A stretch of 64,000 bases of DNA from an uncultured Chthonomonadaceae bacterium. GTDB lineage: Bacteria; Armatimonadota; Chthonomonadetes; Chthonomonadales; Chthonomonadaceae. Below the pieces are notes generated by a model. The model was not told where the DNA came from and searched no databases. It saw nothing but the letters and a program-made list of their open reading frames with translations. The stretch is taken from assembly GCA_963817895.1 (NCBI GenBank), contig CAWFQB010000009.1, positions 32,001 to 96,000 of the forward strand, read 5' to 3'. Below are positions 48,169-59,668 of the stretch, in pieces; the first letter of the stretch is position 1, and each line of letters opens with the position of its first letter. The translations under genes and the position numbers were made by a program.

Positions 48169-50656
48169 ATGCGCGCCTTTTCTCGTATTCCCCTGCGCTC
48201 ACGCAGGCCTATTTCCCGTTGGCTCGTTTCCCTGTTGGGACTGCTGCTGTTCAGTCTGGCATGTGCCGCCTCACGAGCGAATACCTTCACCGTGACAACC
48301 CTCAACGACAGCGGCATGGGTTCGCTGCGGCAGGCGATTACCGATGCCAACGCCAATGCGGGAGCCGACAGCATTGTATTTGCCAGCGGGTTGACAGGAA
48401 CCATCGCGCTCACGTCTGCCCTGCCCAACCTGACGGATGATGTTACGCTGAACGGGCCGGGAGCCAAACTGCTGACGATTGCCCGCAGTTCGGCGTCGGG
48501 AACCCCGGCGTTCCGCATCTTCACCATTGACGCGGACACAGCTACGCCCCCGACAGTCAGTATCTCCGGCCTTACGTTGAGCAACGGCTTGATACAATAC
48601 ACAACAGGCGGCGAGAAATACTATGGTGGCGCGGTGCTGAGTAACAAAGCCAATGTGACGTTTACCGACTGCGCCCTCTCCGGCAACAGCATCTACTTGC
48701 CTTTCGCGCTTAATTATGGAACGAACCCTCCCGTTCCTCTCGGCTTCGGCGGCGGCGTCTACAACTATCAGGGAGCGATGACTCTGACGCGCTGCACAGT
48801 CAGCAACAATGTAGTCACCTCGTATGGCGGTCAGGCCAACGGCGGCGGCCTGTTCAACGATGCGGGAACGCTGACCCTGACCAACTGCACCCTCAGCGGC
48901 AATCAAGCCGTCAGTCAAGCTATCCTGATTCTAATACGCTGGTCATACCCCATGATTATGAACGGCAGCGCGTATGCTGGCGGTATCTGGAACGGCGGCG
49001 CGCTGACCCTGACCAACTGCACTTTCGCCGGTAACAGCGCTATCAACCACTGTTTGGGTTATGGCTGGGATGGATGGTTTTTTATTCCGTATGATACTGC
49101 GGGCAGCGGCAGTAGCGTGTACAATGCCGGCACAAGCGGCAGTACGCAAGTCACCCTCTACCAGACCATTCTGGCAAGCGGCAGCGCGGCAGGCGGCCAG
49201 AACGTTGTCAACGCGGCGGGCATCGTCCTCACCTCACTCGGCTACAACCTGAGCAATGACGCCACCGGCCCCAACGACGGCGCAACGGATCGTCTCAACA
49301 TGGATGCGAAACTCAGCCCGCTGAACTACTACGGCGGCCCAACGCCTACCTGCGTTCCGCTGTTGGGCAGTCCGGCTATTGACGCGGGCGACCTCAACTT
49401 CAATAACACTCCTCCCGCAACGGATCAGCGCGGCCAGCCTCGCGTTGTCAACGGACGGGTAGACATCGGCGCTGTGGAGCGTCAGGCAGGCGAGTTGGTT
49501 GCCCTCAACGATGCGTACTCCGTCAAGCATGACCATACGTCGCGAGTTGCCGCGTCCGGTGTGCTGACAAACGACACGGGAGTGGCTCCCCTGTCCGCCG
49601 TTCTCGTCGCGTCCGCCGCGCATGGCACCCTCCTGCTCAATGCCGACGGCTCGTTCGTGTACACGCCCAACGCCGGGTACGCATTAACCAGCAGCAGCAC
49701 AGACAGCTTCACCTACGCGGTACAGGACGGCATCGGCAGGACAAGCAACGTCGCCACTGTAACCATTACCATCATTGCCGACAATGCGCCTGTGTTGACC
49801 AACAGCCTGAGCGCCACCACAATGCCGGGGCAGGCGTGGAACTTCACGGCAACGGCAACGGACGCCGATCTGCCCGACGACGCGCTCACCTTTGCCCTTG
49901 TCAATGCCCCCTCCGGCATGACCATCAACGCGGCAACCGGCGCAATCGCGTGGACGCCACAGGCAGAAAACACAACAACGTTTAGCATCAAAGTCACGGA
50001 TCGTTATGGACTGAGCGCCCAGGCAGACGTTCACGCTCACCGTGTACGACAACCCGCCCGCGCTGACCAACAGCCTGAGCGCAACAGCAACGGCAGGGCA
50101 AGTCTGGAACCTCACGGCAACGGCAACGGACGCCGACCTGCCCAACGACGCGCTGACGTTTGCCCTTGTCAACGCCCCGGCTGGCATGACCATCAACGCG
50201 GCAACCGGCGTGATCGCGTGGACACACCGAACAGAAGGCGTGTTTACATTTGACATCAAGGTCACGGATCGGTTCGGCAAAAGCGACCAGAAGACGTTCA
50301 CGCTCACGGTACAAACCGACCCGAACGGCTCTGTCAGTCTAAGCATTACGAATGTCACGCTGCAACGCGGCGCGTACTACCCAAATACGGTGCTAGTCTT
50401 GTTCGATGTGGTCAACAACGGCACAGGGAGGGCGACAAACCTTGTCATTTCGCGCGCCACACTCGGCTCCGGGTTGTGCGTTCTCAACTCCACGCCGGTC
50501 AGTTTGGGGGCAGGAGGCAAGCAGACGTACGGGCTCACGTTCTTAGGGGTCGTGTGCCTGCCGAAAGTGGTATATCCGCTGCAAATACGCGGAACCTACC
50601 AGGCGCAGAATACCACGCAATCCCTGTTTTATGGCGGCGGCGTGATTGTGCCATAA
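48169..50656 (+). CDS. Secreted beta-helix / choice-of-anchor Q protein with Ig/cadherin-like repeats, frameshifted near 50025
   Basis: FTVTTLNDSGMGSLRQAI; GGPTPT..PLLGSPAIDAG...DQRG.PR...VDIGAVE; two tandem ATDAD.P.DALTFAL..AP.GMTI repeats; SD taaggag. Confidence 0.85.
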
Positions 50657-50749
50657 TCGCTTGCAGGCTTTTACTGCCGGATTCGCGTCACCGCAGCAGG
50701 ACGCGACTCAGCGTTATCGTGACGAACATCGCGTCAATCTAAATTTTTA

Positions 50750-50782
50750 GTAACGCAACGGTAACGCAAATCCGGTTATACT
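50750..50782 (+). promoter_or_regulatory. GTAACG-N5-GTAACG-N10-TATACT promoter upstream of the AAA_35-WD40 gene
   Basis: gtaacg at 50750 and 50761; tatact 50777-50782. Confidence 0.75.
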
Positions 50783-50913
50783 ATGCTCACGGGGCAAGCG
50801 CGCAGAGTCCGGATGCTCTGCCGCTTCCCCTGTCTCCTGCTGGTTATGCCCGTCAACGATGTCAGGAACTATCAACTATCAACCCTCAACTCTCAACTTC
50901 GACAGGAAGCCGG

Positions 50914-53900
50914 ATGGACGACCGCTTTTATATCACCGGGGGTACGCTGCCCCTGGACGCCGATTCGTATGTGACCCGCCGCGCCGATACGGAACTCTTC
51001 GAGTATCTGCGGCGGGGCGAGTTTTGCTACGTTCTCAACACGCGGCAGGTGGGCAAATCCTCGCTCATGGTGCGCGTGGCCCAGGCGCTGCGAACCGAGG
51101 GCGTTCGCGTCGTCCTGCTGGACCCGACCGCGATTGGCGTAAACGTCACCGTCGAGGAGTGGTACGACGGCCTGCTTACCATCATTGCGGAGCAACTGAG
51201 TCTGCGGCGGGAACTGGAAGACTTCTGGCTGGAGCATCCCCGTTTGGGGCCGATGCAGCGGTGGATGCAGGCGCTGGAACATGTCGCGCTGGCAGGTTCG
51301 CCGGAACCCCTGTGCATCTTCGTGGACGAGATCGACTCGGTGCAAAGCCTGCCGTTTTCCGCCGATGAGTTTTTCGGAGGCATCCGCGAGTGTTATAATC
51401 GCCGCGCCTACAATCCGGCCTTCCGGCGTCTCACCTTCTGCCTGCTCGGAGTCGCCGCGCCCGTTGACCTGATCGCCGACCCGCGCATCACGCCGTTCAA
51501 TATCGGCAGGCGCATTGAACTAACGGACTTCACGCCGGACGAAGCCGCGCCACTCGCAAGCGGATTAAACCACGGGGAACACGGGGAACACGGGGGAGGA
51601 GAGGGGGAGAAAGGAAGGGGGGAACAAAATCCCTATTCATCCTTCATCCTTCATCCTTCATCCTTTGCTTCTCTTCTCAACCGTATACTTTATTGGACAG
51701 GTGGGCATCCGTATTTGACGCAGAAATTGTGCAGCGCGTTGGCGCAAAGAAACGGGGTTCCGACAAATGCCGACGTGGATGCGGTTTGTGAGGAACTGTT
51801 TTTGAGTTGGCGGGCGCAGAAGACGGACGACAATCTCGTTTTTGCCCGCAGCCGCCTGCTGTATGAGGAAGCCAATCGCGCCGCGCTGCTGGATATGTAT
51901 GTGGGTATTCTGGACGGGCGGAAAATTCGGGACGATGCCACCAATCCCCTCCACAGCGTTTTGCGTTTGTCCGGCATTGCGCAGGCCGAGAATGGACTGC
52001 TGACGGTTCGCAACCGAATCTATGCCCATGTGTTCAACAAGCAATGGGCGCGCGACAACATGCCGGGCGAGGAACTGCGGCGGCAAAAACGCGCCTATCG
52101 CCTGGGCGTCTTGCGGACGGCGTTCGTCGCCGCCCTGCTGCTGGCCGTGATTTCTGGTTTTGGCGCGCGAGCTTACTTTGCGGAGCAAAACGCGCGGACA
52201 TCCGCAAAGGCGGCACGAACCTCCGAAAAGGCTGCTCAGACGGCGCAAGAACTGGCGCAAAAGGAGGCAGAAAATTCCAATCGGCTGCTGTATGCTACCC
52301 ATATGAACCTGCTGCAGCGCGCGTATCAGGACGAGGACATTGGACGCGCCAGAGACCTGCTGGCGGAAACAGAGGCATCGCCCTATCGCGGCTTTGAATG
52401 GAACTACTGGAACCGCCTGCTCAAGCGCGAACGCCTTGCCCTTCCCATCGCGGAGCCACAAAGCCTGCTCGTCTGGTCACGAGACGGGCGCTGGATCGTG
52501 ACACAAACGCAGTCCACACAGAATACGCCCCACCTCTCCCTCTGGGACGCCTGGACGGGAAAGCATGTTCGAACGCTTGCGGGGCGCGCGGATACTTTGC
52601 TCGGCGTAGCCTCGCCCATTGCGGCCAACTGTGTCGCGCTCGTGGATGCGCCGCAGGGGAAAACGGGAACCGTCCGTCTGGTCAACCCCGCGACGGGCGA
52701 AACTCGGCATATTCTGCCTGTTCGCGCCGGGGGAGCGACGCTGTCCGAGGATGGCAGGCGCGTGTTTACGCTGGAACCGCAGTCGGACAACTGCACTCTG
52801 TTCAAGGCATGGGATGTGGAGCGCGGAACGCTGTTGCTAACCACGACGGTTAGCGGCGTACAGCTTTTTGGGGCGTGGACACAAACGCCCACGATCCAGT
52901 CCACCCGCGACTCGCGCCTGCTGTGTTTCGGCAGCGCGATAACGCGCGAGAACAGTCCTTTCACGTTGCTGAACACGCAGACCGGCGAACGTCAGTGGAC
53001 GCCGCCGGGAGCCTACAACCGTTACGCTCTTTCTCCCACCGGGCGCTTTCTCGTGGCAACAGAACAGGATGGCTTTGCGGCTGGCGCGTTTCAACTGTGG
53101 GACTTGCAGGCAAAGCGGCAGGTCGCCACCCTGCGGGGCAAACAAGCGAATGCGCCCGCCCTGCGCCCGCTTCCTACATGCTGTTCACGCTTGGTTTCTC
53201 CCCGAACGAACGCTGGATAGTGGGCGCGGGAGAGGATACGGCGTTCAACGGTTGCGTCTGGATTTGGGAGCGGGCGACGGGCAGGGAAAAGCGCGTCCTG
53301 ACCGGGCAGCGGCGAACGTGGGAAGCGAAGTTTTCTTCCGATGGCCGCGTGCTGTTTTCCGCTTCGAGAGACAACCGCCTATTCACCTGGAACACGGCAA
53401 CGTGGCAAAAAACCGGCGTGTATTCCAATGACGGCACGAATTCGCCTGTTCTGTCTCCCGATGGCAACGAGTTTCTGACGGTAGACCATCGCGGCGCTGT
53501 CCTACCCCCTGCAAGCCCGCCGGATGGCGGACAAACTTGAGATCGCTCCATCGCTCAAGGCGTCCGTTATAAGATACCAGGGTTTTCAGCGTGACGAGAG
53601 GCATTTGCGATTTCGTGGCGCAAATACGACCCGGGGACAACCGGCAGCACCGCATCTACGATATGCAAACAGGAATGCAGCATCTTCTGCCCTTTGATCA
53701 CACGGCGTCTGCCATTACTGTGGGAAACGACGCGTACGCCGCCGCCGCCAAAAATTTTGAAAAGGAAACATGGGTGGAAATACGGGACGGATTCTACAGG
53801 CAAGTTCATCCGTTTGCTGCATGACCCCCTGCTCTACTGGTGGATACGCGCCGACGGACCGTGGTGGGCGGCAATCCTCTACGAGGGCAAAATCAGCCCC

Positions 53901-54651
53901 ATGAGGGAAAGCGCGTTCGCCGGTCTTGGCAAGCATCATCCGCAGACGGTCTTGTGGAATGTCGAAACCGGAAAAGAGGTCGTTCGCCTTGCTCATCTGC
54001 GTTACACGCCCTGGCAGGTCTGGCCCAAATGCGGGACGCGCAAACTGATCCTCGTAGACACCGAGAATATTGCCCACTTTTGGAACGTCAGCCCCTTGCG
54101 GGAGACTCTTTCAGGTGCCAATGGGATCGGAAACACAGATAAAACTGGAAAATTTCAGCGTTTCGCCGGACGGCAAATACGTCAGCGTTCTCATCGCAGA
54201 AAACCATTTCGACGGGCGGATTGAAGTCCATGATTTCGAGACGGGCCAACTCTGCGCGCAAGATGAACACGCCTTTTATTATCAGCCGAGCAACGCCTTT
54301 TCGCCGGATGGAAAGGTTCGCGTCTGGGTGGACACGCAGCAGAACGCGCATCTCATGGAGGGGGCGACGGGCAAAGAAGTGGGGCTGTTGAAATCTATCG
54401 GCGGAGATTTTTCGTATCTGGCCTTTTCGCCGGATGGAGCGCGCATCGTTACGGGCACAACCGTCGGAACGCTCAAGCTGTGGGATGTCAGGACGGGAGC
54501 GGAACTGATGGTTGCCCGGTTGCCCGGCGAATTGGGTCCGTTGTCCTTTTCACCGGATGGAACGCATCTGGGAGTGAACGCCTGGACCAGCGGAAAAATA
54601 CGCGCGTTCGTCTGGGAGGCTCCCCTGCCTGCCGCCGTCAAGAGCCAGTGA
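50914..54651 (+). CDS. AAA_35 (STAND-like) NTPase + TM helix + coiled coil + WD40 propellers, several frameshifts after ~53150
   Basis: YVTRRAD, RQVGKSSL, IFVDEID, TPFNIG, TGGHPYLTQ; TM TAFVAALLLAVISGFGA; FSPDG...LKLWD repeats. Confidence 0.85.
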
Positions 54652-54718
54652 AGACTACAGCGGAGTTCCCGACAGCGCGTTCCGTTGCGCGTACAACAAC
54701 GCGCAGCCAGGTGGGAGC

Positions 54719-55571
54719 CTAATGCAAGTCCCAGAGATACTTGTCCCTGTCGGTAATGCTGCCTCTCCACCCGTCCTTCACATCGCAGCCTGCGGCCAGC
54801 GCGCTCATGGTCAGAGCTTTCACGTGCCCGTCGCAGAACGCGACTGTGGCAAACTCGCCATGCCAGGGCCAGACAGCGCCATAGACGTTTGGGGCCGTCC
54901 GGCTGGCCGGGGTTCCAGCCGCCAACCCATGTACGCCAGTTTTCGCTATAGGGAACATCGTCCGTCCAGCATGGCATATCCACTACCAGGGTGCCTCCGC
55001 CGTAAGGCGCGCCATCAACCTTCCTGAACCATCGGGAATCCACCGCGAGAACAGTTTGGGCAGACGAGGTGATCCTGGCGATTGGCGTCGGCCTGCTGGA
55101 ATACACATCCGCATCATCCAGTATGATAGGACTGAGATACTGAAAGTTGAAACCGAAGTTGGTCTTAATTCCCAGATTGAAGTCCCGCTGCTGCGGCGTC
55201 GTGGGCGGCGGTAAGTCGCTGGCAGCGCGCTGCTCCTCGCTGTCAGGATCAGAGGGACAGGAATACACCTGCCTGTTCTTGAGGTAATCGCGCAGGGCCT
55301 GCCACATGATCATAGTAGGTGGACTATCAAAGGAGACATAGCCGCTGGCATCTAACGGGCGGGGGCTGGTATACAAAAGCGGCATCAACTCGTCGTTGTC
55401 CTGCTGATACTGCATAATGGCGAACGCCTGCTGCTTGAAATTGGACGCGCACGTCGTCTGACGCGCTTTGTCGCGCGACTGGGCAAAGACAGGAAAAAGC
55501 AGGGCCGCCAGAATAGAGATAATGGCGATAACAACGAGCAGTTCGATCAAAGTAAAGGCGCGCGGCTGCAT
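54719..55571 (-). CDS. DUF1559 prepilin-type N-terminal cleavage/methylation protein with H-X9-DG, frameshifted near 54895
   Basis: [40 protein letters not shown] in the 54719..54958 frame. Confidence 0.9.
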
Positions 55572-55842
55572 AAATTATCCATTGAGGATGGTTCAGGCCA
55601 GCGTCAATGGATTACTCATTGGAACAAAGCGCACCTGTCCTCGTTTTTATTTCCTTTGTTTTTGCCCACTATTCTTAGTATACCTACCAACGCTCAATTC
55701 ACATTGCATCTTCACAGAAAATTTTTTGGAAAAGACAGAAAAACAGCCCGCGCATTTCCTCCGGTGTAAAGAACAAGTCGGTTCTTCTGTATACGCCTGT
55801 CCTGGAAATCAAAGTATATGCCGGCGTATAGAGGTTTCATTT

Positions 55843-56529
55843 TCACGGCCCAGGCAGGTACGTGATTTTGGAAAGGTTTTCCAGTCTTGTCCATTTGACA
55901 TGTGAGTTGAAGAATGCCATTTCGATGCCGCCGTTGTGACGGTTGATGCACAGCCTGCCCGAATCCAACTGACTAAATGGTCTTTCTACGCCAGAGGTAT
56001 TGCTACCGGTTTGCGTGTTGATGAAGCCGGGGCAGGCATTATTGCCATTGGGGATCCACGCGTCAATCCAGATGGCGTCGGCAAGGAGCATCGTTACGGA
56101 GGGTTGCGGCACCTGCGCGAGTGTGCAGACACCTTCCGGGCGCGCGCTACAATATAGCCAGCCGTTATAGGCGTAACTGCCGGAATAGCGAAAGCCATTC
56201 CATGCCTGCGACGCGCTCCCCATTTGTGGATCGTTGGAACGGGGTGGAGCATCAGGGCAAAGATGGACTTGCTTGTTTTTGATATAAGCCTCAAACGCGA
56301 CATTCCACAAATAGAGTTCGTTGATGACGCGATAATCCAGCAGTTGTTCGTCGTAGTCCTGCGAGTACATCGTTGCGCCGTAGGATAGTTGTTTGAGGTT
56401 GCTGGCGCAGCTAGTCTGCCTGGCTTTCTCGCGCGCTTGCGCAAAGACCGGGAACAAAATGGCTGCGAGTATCGCAATGATGGCGATGACGACGAGCAGT
56501 TCAATCAAGGTAAATCCGGCGCGTTTCAT
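55843..56529 (-). CDS. DUF1559 prepilin-type protein with a variant H-X9-NS motif
   Basis: [51 protein letters not shown] aggagg. Confidence 0.92.
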   Translation of the reverse strand: MKRAGFTLIELLVVIAIIAILAAILFPVFAQAREKARQTSCASNLKQLSYGATMYSQDYDEQLLDYRVINELYLWNVAFEAYIKNKQVHLCPDAPPRSNDPQMGSASQAWNGFRYSGSYAYNGWLYCSARPEGVCTLAQVPQPSVTMLLADAIWIDAWIPNGNNACPGFINTQTGSNTSGVERPFSQLDSGRLCINRHNGGIEMAFFNSHVKWTRLENLSKITYLPGP

Positions 56530-56656
56530 GACAATCCTCCTTTGCAAAGCAGGAATTGAAATACACAGCGGCGAACTGTGCGTTATACCGGGTTGAGGTC
56601 CGCAGAAATCATGCGACTTCTGCGGACCTCTCACTGTCAGCAAGAAAAGACAGCGT

Positions 56657-57670
56657 TTAGCAAGCCCGGACTTTGCGCGTTTTGCGGCGCAGAAAGCCCG
56701 CTCCCGCCACGCTCAGGCCGACAAGCAGGGCGACGCTGCCGGGTTCGGGAACGACCGTCACCATAAATGCGTGAACATATCCGTCCGCGCCGAGGTAGCT
56801 TCCCACAACCTGATTGCTTTCACTGACCCCGAATCCCATTAGAAGATTACGGTTATCGGGCGCATCAATCGGGGTAAAAACGCTGTTCTGGTAAAAGAAG
56901 GCATAGTCGCGATTGCCCAGAGTATATTCGCCGAGAACAAGGCCGCTGGAATTAACGCCGAAATAGGAGGGGTCCGCGCCGCCGGGTATATCGGGAATCT
57001 CGGAATATATCCCGCTGCTGGCGTTATAAATGGCCCCGTGCCGCGCGTTGTTCTGGTCGCGATAGTTGACAAGGACATCGCCATTGGGCGCGAAATTGCG
57101 AGCGACGGTGTTGTAGCCGAGAACCTTGCTGGGCAAATCGGTAAAGGTTTGCGTGGCGGGATCATAAACGGACGCGAAACCAAGATTGTTGGAGTCCTGC
57201 CATGCCACCGCGAATTTGCCATTGTCCCCAATGCCGTTGTAACTTGTGGAAATAGAATTCGGATGTTGCGGCAGCAGGCTTCTCACGCCGCCGCTTGTGT
57301 GCACAAAAGGCTCATCCGTTGTGAAGGTGCTGTTGAAGTACTCCCCGTAGTAGGCGCCGCTGCTGTTGACCGGCCCGATGTAATTGTAAAAGCCGGAAGC
57401 GGTTCTCGGATCATCATGTCGCGTATAAACGCCATTGGACAAAATGTAGCCGTGTTGGATGTCCGTCGAGTAAACATACTGGCTGAGGGAGATATTTGCG
57501 CCCGACGAACTGATGCCATTTCCGTAAATGTCGTTTGGATCGTTCGGATCGTGGAGAACATCAATGTTGGTGTAAGACAAAGACAACTGCGCGTCGGCGG
57601 GACGGGCGGCAAACAGGGCAAGCACCGACAGGGCGATCAGGCCGGCTTGCAGGAAACGAGTGCGAGGCAT
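56657..57670 (-). CDS. PEP-CTERM beta-propeller-like surface protein
   Basis: Signal peptide; G.N..G...G.Y repeats; [13 protein letters not shown] + TM + RRK. Confidence 0.9.
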   Translation of the reverse strand: MPRTRFLQAGLIALSVLALFAARPADAQLSLSYTNIDVLHDPNDPNDIYGNGISSSGANISLSQYVYSTDIQHGYILSNGVYTRHDDPRTASGFYNYIGPVNSSGAYYGEYFNSTFTTDEPFVHTSGGVRSLLPQHPNSISTSYNGIGDNGKFAVAWQDSNNLGFASVYDPATQTFTDLPSKVLGYNTVARNFAPNGDVLVNYRDQNNARHGAIYNASSGIYSEIPDIPGGADPSYFGVNSSGLVLGEYTLGNRDYAFFYQNSVFTPIDAPDNRNLLMGFGVSESNQVVGSYLGADGYVHAFMVTVVPEPGSVALLVGLSVAGAGFLRRKTRKVRAC

Positions 57671-57750
57671 GGTGTTCTCCTTTTGATTTGGGTGTGCAGG
57701 TGTTCGGGTGTTCAGGTGTTCAGGCGGGACACTTTACTTTTCCCTGATGC

Positions 57751-57803
57751 AGTATAGGTAATTTTGCGTTACCGTTGCATTACTTGCGTTACCGTTGCGT
57801 TAC
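57751..57803 (-). promoter_or_regulatory. Duplicated GTAACG box array with TATACT, driving the PEP-CTERM gene and divergent from the regulator
   Basis: agtata 57751-57756; cgttac 57767, cattac 57778, cgttac 57787 and 57798. Confidence 0.75.
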
Positions 57804-57850
57804 CAATTCTGGTGTTTGTACTGGCAATCGTCTATTTTTGTTGTAAGGAA

Positions 57851-59509
57851 ATGCTTTTGGCTTCTACTGTTCTTACCTTACGCCTGTTTGGGAATTGGGA
57901 GGCGCGTCTTGGGAACGCGCCGATTGTGGGATTGCATCTGCGCGAAGGCGAGCGCCTGCTGGCATACCTGACCCTGCATCACGACGCGATTGTCTCGTAC
58001 AGGGAGTTGGCGCAACAGTTCTGGCCTGCCGAAGCCACCGTTCACCCGGAATGGGCAGGCGGCAGTTTCCCCTCCACGCGGCAGGCTATTTATGCCCTGC
58101 GCCGCGCCCTGGGCGAACACGCGCCCCGCCTTGTCAGCGTCGGAAAAGGCATGATCCGCTTTGATCTGGAAGGCGCGGATGTAGACTACGCCGCCTTTCA
58201 GGAATTGATCGCGCAGGATAACCGCGAAGCGTGGAGGCAAGCGCAGGCCCTGTATCGCGGCCCTTTGCTGGAAGGCTGGACAGAAAAATGGGCGCAGGAA
58301 GCCCGCGTTCGCTGCCAGCGTTCCTATGAGCGCATAGTCGCGGCTCTGGCGGCTGCGCCGATTGAGCGGGAAGAAAAGGAGAAAAGGAGAAAAGGAGAAG
58401 AGGAGAGGGAAGATACAAGATACAAGATACAAGATACAAGACCGAACACCGAACACCGAACGCCAACCACCAGCCACCAACCACCAACCACCCTCCTCGA
58501 ATCCAACGGCGGCGCGGTTCCGCTGGATTTGCCGTTTTACATTGCGCGGGAAACGGATGGAGGATTTCAGCAGGCGATCCAACGACGCGACAGCATCGTT
58601 CTGGTCAAGGGGACGCGGCAGATCGGCAAAACATCGCTTCTGGCGCGGGGATTGCAGGGGGCGAGACAGGATGGGGCGCGAGTGATATTCACGGATTTTT
58701 CCAGTTTGCCCTCCGAGTTGCTGACATCGCTGGACGCGCTGTATCGCATACTGGCGCAGGACATCGCCTATCAGTTGGATTTGGAGGCCGACCCGGAAGC
58801 GGATTGGAATACGCGCCGCAGTCCCAATCGTAATTTGGAGCGGTTTATCAGCGATATGGCGCTGCCGGAAGTCGGGGCGTCGCTGGTGTGGGGCATGGAT
58901 GAAGTGGATACGCTGTTCCAGTTTCCATTCGGAACCGAAGTCTTTCGCCTGTTCCGCTCGTGGCACAACCGCCGCGCCCTAGACCCGCGTGGCTCCTGGT
59001 CACGGCTCACGCTGGTAATGGCGTATGCGACGGAAGCGCATCTGTTCATTCAGGACGTCAATCAATCGCCCTTCAACGTGGGAACCCGTTTGGCGCTAGA
59101 GGACTTTACGTTCGCGCAGGTAACTGAACTCAACGTTCGCTATGGCAAGCCCCTGCCGGACGATGCTGCTGTACAGCGATTGTACGCGCTGCTCAACGGG
59201 CATCCGTACCTCACCCGCCGCGCCCTCTCGGAGATGCAGTCACGTCCTGTAACCATAGACACGCTGGAAGCGCAGGCGGGGCGCAACGAAGGCGTTTTCG
59301 GCGATCATCTGCGCCGCCTGTTCACGTCCCTCACTCAGAACTCGGAACTTACCGACGTGGTTCGCGGTTTCCTGACAGGACCGTTCTGCGCGTCCGAAGA
59401 CGCTTTTTACCGACTGCGCAGCGCGGGGCTGCTCGCGGGCGAAATGCCGGAAGAGTGCCATTGGCGCTGTCCCCTCTACGCCGCGTACTTCAAGCGATAT
59501 TTGAAGTGA
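57851..59509 (+). CDS. SARP-like regulator: wHTH + truncated BTAD + AAA_35 NTPase
   Basis: LRLFG, LLAYLTL...RELAQQFWP...RQAIYALRRALG, DVDYAAF, LYRGPLLEG..EKW; RQIGKTSL, MDEVD, SPFNVG, NGHPYLT. Confidence 0.85.
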   Translation: MLLASTVLTLRLFGNWEARLGNAPIVGLHLREGERLLAYLTLHHDAIVSYRELAQQFWPAEATVHPEWAGGSFPSTRQAIYALRRALGEHAPRLVSVGKGMIRFDLEGADVDYAAFQELIAQDNREAWRQAQALYRGPLLEGWTEKWAQEARVRCQRSYERIVAALAAAPIEREEKEKRRKGEEEREDTRYKIQDTRPNTEHRTPTTSHQPPTTLLESNGGAVPLDLPFYIARETDGGFQQAIQRRDSIVLVKGTRQIGKTSLLARGLQGARQDGARVIFTDFSSLPSELLTSLDALYRILAQDIAYQLDLEADPEADWNTRRSPNRNLERFISDMALPEVGASLVWGMDEVDTLFQFPFGTEVFRLFRSWHNRRALDPRGSWSRLTLVMAYATEAHLFIQDVNQSPFNVGTRLALEDFTFAQVTELNVRYGKPLPDDAAVQRLYALLNGHPYLTRRALSEMQSRPVTIDTLEAQAGRNEGVFGDHLRRLFTSLTQNSELTDVVRGFLTGPFCASEDAFYRLRSAGLLAGEMPEECHWRCPLYAAYFKRYLK

Positions 59510-59512
59510 ATT

Positions 59513-59666
59513 GTAACTATTCACCACCAAGACACGAAGAACACCAAGAAGAACGCGAGGAAAGCAATTGTGATATTGCAGGAGAAAACGAAATTGTCTC
59601 CGGCTCTGTGCCTTTTCGGTTGCTTTTTCTCTTGGTGTTCTTCGTGTCTTGGTGGTGAATAGTTAC
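59513..59666. repeat. 37-bp perfect inverted repeat (MITE-like or bidirectional terminator)
   Basis: gtaactattcaccaccaagacacgaagaacaccaaga (59513-59549) is the reverse complement of 59630-59666. Confidence 0.8.
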
Positions 59667-59668
59667 CG

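Noticed and set aside
49780..50310. Near-identical ~270 bp duplication as a DGR template/variable repeat pair
   Set aside because: These are tandem Ig/cadherin-like domains inside one gene, and no reverse transcriptase is present in the window.
55677..55720. A fifth GTAACG-box promoter upstream of the DUF1559 gene at 55571
   Set aside because: A TATACT-like hexamer is present on the minus strand, but no GTAACG boxes occur at the required spacing.
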